64,000 bases of DNA from Tidjanibacter sp. Its GTDB lineage: Bacteria > Bacteroidota > Bacteroidia > Bacteroidales > Rikenellaceae. Within the stretch, counting starts at the first letter, position 1. Every line of letters starts with the position of its first letter. The notes beneath the pieces were generated by a model. That model saw only the letters and a list, made by a program, of their open reading frames with translations, made no database searches and had not been told where the DNA came from. Below are positions 1-7,884 of the stretch, one piece after another. The stretch is taken from assembly GCA_045602145.1 (NCBI GenBank), contig JAZSAY010000046.1, positions 20,329-84,328 of the forward strand, in the 5' to 3' direction. A program made the translations under genes and the position numbers.

Positions 1-1
1 A

Positions 2-1528
2 ACTCTCGAAGAACCACAAGGCTGGAATGGTGTACCTCGCTATTTCCAAGCCAACTTCCGCCGCTATGCAGATAGTGTGCAAATAGAGAGTTTCTCGGTA
101 GAGGTGGCAAAACGCGCCTCGAAAAAGATTGCCGAAACGGTCAAAATCCTAACCACCCCCATATCCGTCAAGGGACGCACCACAAAAAGTGGTGGTGTGC
201 TCTCTCCGGGCGAGAGTCTTAGGCTTGATATGCCCAAAGGCGAGAGGGTTATTAGGTCTATCGTCGTCAGGTGCAAAGAGGTGGATGATTGGGGCGAGGC
301 TACACGTCGCCTATTGGTCCGTATGTCGTTCGATGGAGCACATACCGTATGCGTTCCCTTGTCGGACCTTGCAGGTGCCGGAATGGGTACACCCGAAGTG
401 AGGAGCCTATGGCTTAACTCAGACGGCAAGGAGAGTGTGAGCATCAATTGGCTTATGCCCTATCGCAAGGAGGCAACTCTCTCAATAGAAAACATTGCCG
501 ATAACAGTGCTACCGTAGAGGTGGAGGCTGTTACCTCTCGTTACAATTGGAACGAGCGCTCGCTCTACTTTCACTCTGCGTGGCGTAGTGAGTATGGGCT
601 GCCTGTGACCAACAACCACTCGGAGTGCTACGACTGGCGCTTTGCCACACTCAAAGGCACAGGTGTCTATCGTGGCGATATGCTAACGCTCTTCAACTAC
701 GCCAGAGCATGGTACGGCGAGGGTGACGAGAAAATATATGTTGATGGCGAAGAGTTCCCCTCTCACTTTGGTACGGGCACAGAGGACTACTACAACTCCT
801 CGTGGGCTCCCGTAGTACCCTTCCACACCCCATTTGGAGGTGCACCTCGTGCCGACTTGGCATCCTCGAAGGGTTACAACACTTGGCTACGCACACGAGC
901 ACTCGATGCTATACCTTTCAAAGAGAGTCTTGTTTTCGACTTGGAGATGATTAGTTGGGTGCCGGGCGCAGTAGACTACTCCACTACGGTCTATTGGTAT
1001 GGCGACATAGATTCTGTGGCAGAGGATACCACGGATATAATGGAGGCTAAGCGCGAGATGCCCACTCCCCCCGCAGACCCCGCAAAATACACCTTTCCCA
1101 GCTCGATAGAGATGGAATCGCTCGAAGTGGCTGCCAAGTCGCAGTCCCTACAAATAGACCGTCAGAGTATGCTCGGTTTCCCCGATGGTGTGTGGAGTGG
1201 CGGCAAACAGCTGACATGCTTTGGTGGCACAACGGGCGACTGGATAAGAGTAGTTATTCCCGTCAAGGAGAATGGAACATATAATGTAAAACTCCACGCC
1301 ACAAAGGCTGCCGACTATGGCAAAGTGTTGTTCCTACTCGGTGGCAAGAAGACAAGAGTGCTGGACAGCTATTTTGCCGCAGTAGTCAATTCGGGCGAGA
1401 TTGATTTGGGCAAAACCACTGCCAAAGAGAATAAAATCTTGCTCGAAGCAAGGATTGTTGGCAAAAATCCCGCGTCGCTTGGCTATATGTTCGGTTTGGA
1501 TTGCGTGGTATTGGAAAAAGTGGAATAA
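2..1528 (+). CDS. DUF2961 / GH172-family glycoside hydrolase with C-terminal CBM-like domain, 5'-truncated by the window edge
   Basis: Frame is open from position 2 (TLEEPQGWNGVPRYF...). Motifs WYGEGDEKIYVDGE and FGTGTEDYY are typical of DUF2961/GH172. Confidence 0.8.
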   Translation, partial: TLEEPQGWNGVPRYFQANFRRYADSVQIESFSVEVAKRASKKIAETVKILTTPISVKGRTTKSGGVLSPGESLRLDMPKGERVIRSIVVRCKEVDDWGEATRRLLVRMSFDGAHTVCVPLSDLAGAGMGTPEVRSLWLNSDGKESVSINWLMPYRKEATLSIENIADNSATVEVEAVTSRYNWNERSLYFHSAWRSEYGLPVTNNHSECYDWRFATLKGTGVYRGDMLTLFNYARAWYGEGDEKIYVDGEEFPSHFGTGTEDYYNSSWAPVVPFHTPFGGAPRADLASSKGYNTWLRTRALDAIPFKESLVFDLEMISWVPGAVDYSTTVYWYGDIDSVAEDTTDIMEAKREMPTPPADPAKYTFPSSIEMESLEVAAKSQSLQIDRQSMLGFPDGVWSGGKQLTCFGGTTGDWIRVVIPVKENGTYNVKLHATKAADYGKVLFLLGGKKTRVLDSYFAAVVNSGEIDLGKTTAKENKILLEARIVGKNPASLGYMFGLDCVVLEKVE

Positions 1529-1544
1529 GTAATCGTGCTAAGAT

Positions 1545-3278
1545 ATGAAATTTGGACTTAATATAACACTTTTGTTGGCAGTGGAACTGCTTGCAATAGG
1601 CTGCACATCGGAAATTAGTGTCAAACACGCGAACAACCTTACATCCGTAGTTTCGGTTTCAGAGTCGGTGGAGTGCTTATGGTTACCCATTGAGGAGAGT
1701 GCTCCCGAGGCACAAGTTACTGCTGTGGGTGCCAATGACCGCATAGCTCCTTTGAGTGTCCGCTTGTCACAAACCAAAGTGGACTACTATATGCCCATTT
1801 CAATGCAGGGGGTGGAGAGATTAAGGGTAGAGAACTGCTCATACGAAAACATTTGTTGGCAGCAACTCACAACCACTCCACAAGCACCAGACAGTTCCTA
1901 TCGCCAAGATGTTCACTTTTCGCCCGAGAGGGGGTGGACAAACGACCCCAACGGAATGTTCTACAAAAACGGCGAGTGGCACCTCTGCTATCAACACAAC
2001 CCTTATGGCTCAAAGTGGGGCAACCTTAGTTGGGGACACGCCGTAAGTCGCGATCTTGTGCATTGGGAGCATCTTCCCGACATACTCTATCCCGATGAAT
2101 TGGGAGCTATATTCTCTGGCTCGGCAGTGGTGGATGAGCACAATACGGCTGGCTTTGGCGAGGGCGCAGTGGTGGCAATCTACACCTCGGCAGGCGCACA
2201 CCAAACACAAAGCATCGCTTACAGCCTCGATGGCGGAATGACCTTTACGAAATACGAACACAACCCCGTACTCACAAGCCACAGGGCAGATTTCCGCGAC
2301 CCGAAGGTCTTCTGGTACGCCCCACGAGAGCGCTGGGTTATGGTGCTTGCCGCAGGCAACGCTATGGAGATATACTCTTCCGCAAACCTCACGGATTGGA
2401 CGTTTGAGAGTCGCTGTGGCGAGGATTATGGCTACCATACGGGAGTGTGGGAGTGCCCCGACCTCTTTGAGTTGCCCTATGAGGATGGCACCAAGTGGGT
2501 ATTGCTCTGCTCGCTAAGCATCCCCGAGAGGGGTGGCTCCTCGGTGCAATACTTTGTGGGTGAGTTCGATGGTCATCGCTTCACGCCCGACAAAAAACAA
2601 CCTGAGGCAGACCTGCTCAACTATGGTCGCGACTACTATGCCACCGTATCGTGGAGTGGCGTGGAGGATGGTCGCAAGGTGGTGGTCGGTTGGCAAAACA
2701 ACTGGGACTACGCCAACGACCTTCCCACAACGAGTTATAGGGGTTATATGTCCATACCTCATCAACTCAAACTTGTAAATTACAGCGGAGAACCCAAACT
2801 CGTAGCTGAACCCGCCCAAGAGGTTATGGCTCACAGCCGCACCCTTGTTTCAAAAGAGGTCATTGAGATTAAGGACAAATATAATGCTTGGCGACACAAT
2901 AGCGACGAAGGAGCGTATGTGGTTGAGTGCAATATCGAGAACCTTTCGGCTCAGGTCGTGGGGCTCAAACTCTTCAACGATAGTGGCGAGTGGGTGGATG
3001 TATGCTTCGACTTTATAGATGGTCTTCTGAGAGTAGACCGCACCCATAGCGGCGAGTTGGATTTCAACCCTCGCTTTGCTTCAATATCGGTTGCACCACT
3101 TTCGGAAGCCACAAGGCAGAGTATCACCATAGTTGTAGACCGCAGTTCATTGGAGTGCTTTACGGACATTGCAGCCCTATCGAACCTTGTCTTCCCCAAT
3201 GAGTTCTACTCCCGCCTAAGCTTCTACACCATAGGCGGTAGCGCCGCAATTAACAATCTGACAATTAAGAAACTATAA
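1545..3278 (+). CDS. GH32 beta-fructosidase/levanase, probable lipoprotein
   Basis: WTNDPNG, WGHAVS, FSGSA, RDP and WECPD GH32 motifs; lipobox-like LLAIGC. Confidence 0.93.
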   Translation: MKFGLNITLLLAVELLAIGCTSEISVKHANNLTSVVSVSESVECLWLPIEESAPEAQVTAVGANDRIAPLSVRLSQTKVDYYMPISMQGVERLRVENCSYENICWQQLTTTPQAPDSSYRQDVHFSPERGWTNDPNGMFYKNGEWHLCYQHNPYGSKWGNLSWGHAVSRDLVHWEHLPDILYPDELGAIFSGSAVVDEHNTAGFGEGAVVAIYTSAGAHQTQSIAYSLDGGMTFTKYEHNPVLTSHRADFRDPKVFWYAPRERWVMVLAAGNAMEIYSSANLTDWTFESRCGEDYGYHTGVWECPDLFELPYEDGTKWVLLCSLSIPERGGSSVQYFVGEFDGHRFTPDKKQPEADLLNYGRDYYATVSWSGVEDGRKVVVGWQNNWDYANDLPTTSYRGYMSIPHQLKLVNYSGEPKLVAEPAQEVMAHSRTLVSKEVIEIKDKYNAWRHNSDEGAYVVECNIENLSAQVVGLKLFNDSGEWVDVCFDFIDGLLRVDRTHSGELDFNPRFASISVAPLSEATRQSITIVVDRSSLECFTDIAALSNLVFPNEFYSRLSFYTIGGSAAINNLTIKKL

Positions 3279-3299
3279 AAAACACTAAATTATCACCCT

Positions 3300-4628
3300 A
3301 TGAAAAACAAGACCCTAATTTTCTTCTACGCCTTTGTGGCGGCATTTGGTGCTTTGGTTGTCGGTCTGAATATGGGCGGCATCTCGGGCGCAATTGACAT
3401 CATTGTTGCAGAGTTCTCGCTCTCGGCTTTGGCAAAAGGCTTCGTAACAGGTGCTCTGATGGTAGGCTGTCTTATCGGTGCACTTGTGGGAGGTGGTATG
3501 AGCGACCGCTACGGACGCAAACCGATGCTCTATGTGTCGGCTCTATTGCTCGCTCTCTCGGCGACGGGTTGCGCCGTGCTCTCGAATGGTGCTGCTGCAC
3601 TAGTTATATACCGCTTTATTGGCGGTTTGGGTGCCGGAGTACTCTCGGCAGTTATTCCCACATATATCTCCGAGATTTCACCTGCCAAACTACGCGGCAC
3701 ATTCGTATCGTTCTATCAACTCTTTATTGTTATTGGTATCTTGGTAGCATACTCATGTAACTACCTCTTCGCCCCAATGACTCTCTCGTGGCATCTGATG
3801 TTGGGTCTGCCTTTGGTAGCTGCCATTGTGGACATACTTTTGCTGCTGATACTCCCCGAAAGCCCACGTTGGCTCGTACAGCGTGGCAAGATGCAGGAGG
3901 CAGAGAAAGCCATCTCGCGCTACGGCTTCGACAACGAGGAGCGCGAGGTTATTCTCGCTTCGGCAAATGAGAAAAAGGAGAAAGGTGCCAAATTCTCCGA
4001 ACTCTTCAAGGGTAAAATCGGCAAGGTCGTATTCCTTGGCTCTATGCTCGCCTTCTTCCAACAGATTACCGGCATCAATGTGGTCATTAACTATGCACCC
4101 GGTATTCTTGGCAGCCTCGGCATTGCAGGTAGCAATCCTCTCTTGCAGACCATCTATATTGGTGCCGCCAACCTCCTCTTTACGGTCATTGCCCTATGGC
4201 TGTGCGACAAGTTTGGCAGGAAGACACTGCTTTTATGGGGCTGTGCGGGTCTAGTGGTTTCGCTCTCCTACATCGCCTATGCATTCTCTACTCCCAACCC
4301 AAATGAAATTGGTATCCTTGTGGCAATCGTAGCCTACATTGCATTCTTTGCTCTCTCGCTCTCGCCACTTATGTTTGTGGTTACCTCCGAGATGTATCCA
4401 TCCTACATTCGTGGTACGGCAATGGCTCTCTCGACCGGCATCAGTTGGGCTTGCGCCTTCATCTGCGTACAGTTCTACCCCTGGGTTGAGAGCACGCTCG
4501 GTACGAATGTGGCTTTTGGCATCTTCGCGGCACTTTGCTTGGCTGCTGGCTTGTTCATTAAGTTCTGCATCCCCGAAACTAAGGGCAAATCGCTCGAAGA
4601 GATTGAAAAAGAACTCAAATTGAAATAG
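3300..4628 (+). CDS. MFS sugar porter (fructose/oligosaccharide:H+ symporter)
   Basis: About 12 hydrophobic segments; DRYGRK, PESPRWL, QQITGIN and PETKGKSLEEIE sugar-porter signatures. Confidence 0.93.
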   Translation: MKNKTLIFFYAFVAAFGALVVGLNMGGISGAIDIIVAEFSLSALAKGFVTGALMVGCLIGALVGGGMSDRYGRKPMLYVSALLLALSATGCAVLSNGAAALVIYRFIGGLGAGVLSAVIPTYISEISPAKLRGTFVSFYQLFIVIGILVAYSCNYLFAPMTLSWHLMLGLPLVAAIVDILLLLILPESPRWLVQRGKMQEAEKAISRYGFDNEEREVILASANEKKEKGAKFSELFKGKIGKVVFLGSMLAFFQQITGINVVINYAPGILGSLGIAGSNPLLQTIYIGAANLLFTVIALWLCDKFGRKTLLLWGCAGLVVSLSYIAYAFSTPNPNEIGILVAIVAYIAFFALSLSPLMFVVTSEMYPSYIRGTAMALSTGISWACAFICVQFYPWVESTLGTNVAFGIFAALCLAAGLFIKFCIPETKGKSLEEIEKELKLK

Positions 4629-4646
4629 AGATTTACGGTTAGTTTT

Positions 4647-5783
4647 ATGTTAGTGAAGAAGGTAATTGGACACTTTGTATGGGTGGCTCTCTCGATAATG
4701 CTTCTTATCTCTTGCGGAGAGTCCCCCGTACAAGGCGGAGGAGATGGTAGCGAGGATGTCCTACCCACGCCAACACCCGAGCCCCAGGAGAGTCATCTGC
4801 CCCGTGCCTCAGCAGAGGAGATGTCGACTTTTAAGAGGTTGGGCGACCTTGTTTTTCAGGATGTATGGACCGAGGCGTGCTATGAGCTCCATAGCCTTAT
4901 GGTAGTCAGAGATGGTAAAGTCCTCTATGAGCGTTGGGCAAATGGTCACTCCCCCGAAGAACTCCACATCTTATGGTCGGTAAGCAAGACTTTCACTGCA
5001 TTGGCTGTGGGATTGGCAGTTGATGAAGGGCTATTGAAGGTTGAGGATGCCATCAAACAATTCTTCTCGACCGAAGAGCTGCCCGAAAGCGAAACTGTAT
5101 GGGGCAACAAGATGAACGTGTGGCACCTGCTGACGATGTCTTCGGGCATTGCGGGTGACTACATCGGCTTGGGCGTGGGTGGTCACGACTTCGATTGGGC
5201 ACAAAAGACCCTGCGCTCGGGTATCTCGTTTGCTCCCGGCAGCAAGTTTCACTATAACTCGATGAATTCCTATCTACTGTCGGTTATTGTCAGCCGAGTT
5301 ACGGGTAAGAAGGTGGTCGATTATTTGGCAGAAAAACTCTTTGAGCCTCTCGGCATTGTGGACTATATTTGGGAGGAGTCACCCCAGGGCTACAACTCGG
5401 GAGGTTGGGGGCTCTACCTCTCAACCGAATCTCTCGCCAAAGTGGGACAACTGATGCTTCAAGGTGGCGTATGGGAGGGGGTTCAGCTCATCTCCCAGGA
5501 GTGGATAAAGGCAATGATGGCACCCCAGATTATGCAGTATAAGGGTATTATCTTTGACGAGCAGGAACAGCAGGCTATTGTAGCTTCGGGCGACCAAGGA
5601 CAACAGGGCTACGGCTACCAGATGTGGTGTTGCACCAATGGTGCTGTGAGAATGGATGGTGCGTGGAGCCAATTTGTGATACTCTTCCCAAAACAAAACT
5701 CCGTTGTCGTCACAACAGCACACTCGGCAAACAACTCAGGACTCCTTTCGTCCATTTGGAGTAGGATATATCCCAACTTGTAA
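4647..5783 (+). CDS. Beta-lactamase-fold (class C/NylB-like) serine hydrolase, lipoprotein, copy 1
   Basis: WSVSK (SxxK), HLLTMSSG, FHYNS, LFEPLGI, YGYQMW; lipobox LLISC followed by a Pro/Gly linker. Confidence 0.85.
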   Translation: MLVKKVIGHFVWVALSIMLLISCGESPVQGGGDGSEDVLPTPTPEPQESHLPRASAEEMSTFKRLGDLVFQDVWTEACYELHSLMVVRDGKVLYERWANGHSPEELHILWSVSKTFTALAVGLAVDEGLLKVEDAIKQFFSTEELPESETVWGNKMNVWHLLTMSSGIAGDYIGLGVGGHDFDWAQKTLRSGISFAPGSKFHYNSMNSYLLSVIVSRVTGKKVVDYLAEKLFEPLGIVDYIWEESPQGYNSGGWGLYLSTESLAKVGQLMLQGGVWEGVQLISQEWIKAMMAPQIMQYKGIIFDEQEQQAIVASGDQGQQGYGYQMWCCTNGAVRMDGAWSQFVILFPKQNSVVVTTAHSANNSGLLSSIWSRIYPNL

Positions 5784-5843
5784 TAATGTAGAATATGGTC
5801 AAACAATTTTGGCGTTAATATGGAATAATTCTTTGTGAAAATG

Positions 5844-5851
5844 TAAATTTG
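5844..5851 (+). promoter_or_regulatory. Bacteroidetes sigmaA -7 box candidate (TAAATTTG)
   Basis: Matches TAnnTTTG about 20 nt upstream of the second hydrolase start. Confidence 0.4.
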
Positions 5852-5871
5852 TAAGTCAAACGATTGTAGTA

Positions 5872-6954
5872 ATGAAGAGATATAGTAATAGTTGCTTTGG
5901 TGTTTTGGCTATGGCATTGGGCGCCATTGTGACGCTCAATGCTTGTAGCGGAGATTCTCTGCCACGAGGCTCGGCAGAGGAGTTTGCACGCTTCGAGGCG
6001 GCAGGCAACAGAGTCTTCGAAGATACTTGGAACGAGCCGTGTAACGAGCTCCATAGTCTTATGATTGTCAAGGATGGCAAGGTGGTTTATGAGAACTATG
6101 CCCCCTCGCACTCGGCAGACGAGCTTCACATTATGTGGAGCGTGAGCAAAACCTTCACGGCTACGGCTGTGGGTTTTGCGGTGCAGGATGGGCTCCTATC
6201 GCTAAGCGACAAGGTGGTGGATTACTTCCCCGAAGAACTCCCCACAGAACCCCACGAGTGGCTCCAAGAGATGACTATCCACAACCTTCTGATTATGTCC
6301 TCCGGTCTGCGCCACGACTACATTGGACGTGCTTCGAGCGGTCAGCACTTCGATTGGGCAAAACAAACCCTTGCGGCACAGTTCGACTTCCGCCCGGGCA
6401 CAATGTATCACTACAATTCGATGAATACATATCTACTCTCGGTAATTGTATCTAAGGTGACGGGCAAGAAACTCGCCGACTATCTGGACGAAAAACTCTT
6501 CACACCTCTTGGTATAGAGGAGTTCATCTGGAACGAATCGCCACAGGGCTACAACGCCGGTGGCTGGGGATTGCATATCTCCACTGAGTCGCTCGCCAAG
6601 ATGGGGCAATTTATGTTGCAACGAGGTAAGTGGAGAGGTGAGCAACTTCTCTACCAGGAGTGGTTCGACGAGGCTATGTCGCCCCAAATAATGCAGTACG
6701 AGGGACGTATTTCAGACCCTATTGAACTTGAAAAATTCAAAGAGAAGATGGTGCGCGACCAATGGCATCAGGGATATGGCTATCAGATGTGGTGTTGTAC
6801 CGATGGGGCATACCGCTTAGATGGTGCGTGGAGCCAACTTTGCGTCATCTTCCCCGAACACGATGCGGTTGTGGCTGTTACCTCGCACGCAGGCAATGGC
6901 GCCACAATCCTAAACTCCATCTGGACTAACATACTACCATTGATTAACGACTAA
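5872..6954 (+). CDS. Beta-lactamase-fold serine hydrolase, lipoprotein, copy 2 (paralog of the previous gene)
   Basis: WSVSK, YHYNS, LFTPLGI, YGYQMWCC; colinear with copy 1; lipobox LNAC. Confidence 0.85.
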   Translation: MKRYSNSCFGVLAMALGAIVTLNACSGDSLPRGSAEEFARFEAAGNRVFEDTWNEPCNELHSLMIVKDGKVVYENYAPSHSADELHIMWSVSKTFTATAVGFAVQDGLLSLSDKVVDYFPEELPTEPHEWLQEMTIHNLLIMSSGLRHDYIGRASSGQHFDWAKQTLAAQFDFRPGTMYHYNSMNTYLLSVIVSKVTGKKLADYLDEKLFTPLGIEEFIWNESPQGYNAGGWGLHISTESLAKMGQFMLQRGKWRGEQLLYQEWFDEAMSPQIMQYEGRISDPIELEKFKEKMVRDQWHQGYGYQMWCCTDGAYRLDGAWSQLCVIFPEHDAVVAVTSHAGNGATILNSIWTNILPLIND

Positions 6955-6968
6955 AACACAATAACGAT

Positions 6969-7856
6969 ATGACGCAGACTAAGAAGATTGTAGTTGGTAT
7001 GGGCGAGGTTCTTTTCGACGTATTTCCCACAGGCAAGAAGATAGGTGGTGCACCAGCTAACTTTGCCTATCACGCTGGTCAACTTGGCATAGAGAGTTAT
7101 GCGGTAAGTGCGGTTGGGTGCGACCCTTTGGGAGATGAGATTCTCTCCATATTGGACCAGAGAGGTGTGGGATACATCATTCCCCGCGTGGAGCAACCTA
7201 CGGGTACCGTACAAGTGACTCTCAATGAGAGAGGAGTGCCATACTTCGAGATTTGCGAAGGTGTAGCGTGGGACAATATTCCTTGCAGCCAAAGGCTTGT
7301 AGAAACTGCCAAAGAGTGCACAGCTTTCTGCTTTGGCGCTCTGGCACAACGTTCCGAGCAATCCAGAAGAGCTATCCATCTTTTCCTCGACTCTATGCCA
7401 CAGGACGACTCCGTATTGAGGATTTTCGATATCAACCTTCGACAATCGTTCTACTCGCGTGAGATTATCGAAGAGTCGCTCAAAAAAAGCAACGTACTGA
7501 AAATTAACGATGACGAATTCCGCACCGTGGGCAATATGCTCGGCTATGATGGTGAGGATTTCGAGCGTGGTAGTCGCCTTTTGATGGAGCGCTATGGACT
7601 CAAAATGGTCATCCTCACCTGTGGCGAGATAGGTAGTCATATCTTCTACGAGGGTGGCTCTTCGTTCCTGCCAACGCCCAAAGTGGAGATTGCAGATACG
7701 GTAGGTGCCGGCGACTCATTTACGGCTGCTTTCGTAGCATCGCTACTTAGTGGCAAATCTATCGAGGAATCTCATCGCAAAGCAGTAGAGGTATCTGCCT
7801 ATGTTTGTACTCAGAGTGGTGCTATGCCCATCATTCCCGAAGAATTAAAGGCATAA
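6969..7856 (+). CDS. PfkB-family carbohydrate kinase (fructokinase)
   Basis: GGAPANFA and DTVGAGDSF PfkB signatures; fructan locus context. Confidence 0.92.
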   Translation: MTQTKKIVVGMGEVLFDVFPTGKKIGGAPANFAYHAGQLGIESYAVSAVGCDPLGDEILSILDQRGVGYIIPRVEQPTGTVQVTLNERGVPYFEICEGVAWDNIPCSQRLVETAKECTAFCFGALAQRSEQSRRAIHLFLDSMPQDDSVLRIFDINLRQSFYSREIIEESLKKSNVLKINDDEFRTVGNMLGYDGEDFERGSRLLMERYGLKMVILTCGEIGSHIFYEGGSSFLPTPKVEIADTVGAGDSFTAAFVASLLSGKSIEESHRKAVEVSAYVCTQSGAMPIIPEELKA

Positions 7857-7884
7857 AGAAAGGCGGTCAAGAAGAGGTATTAAG

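Noticed and set aside
4647-6954. Antibiotic-resistance beta-lactamases
   Set aside because: YxS rather than YxN and no KTG motif; esterase/NylB-like pattern in a sugar-utilisation context.
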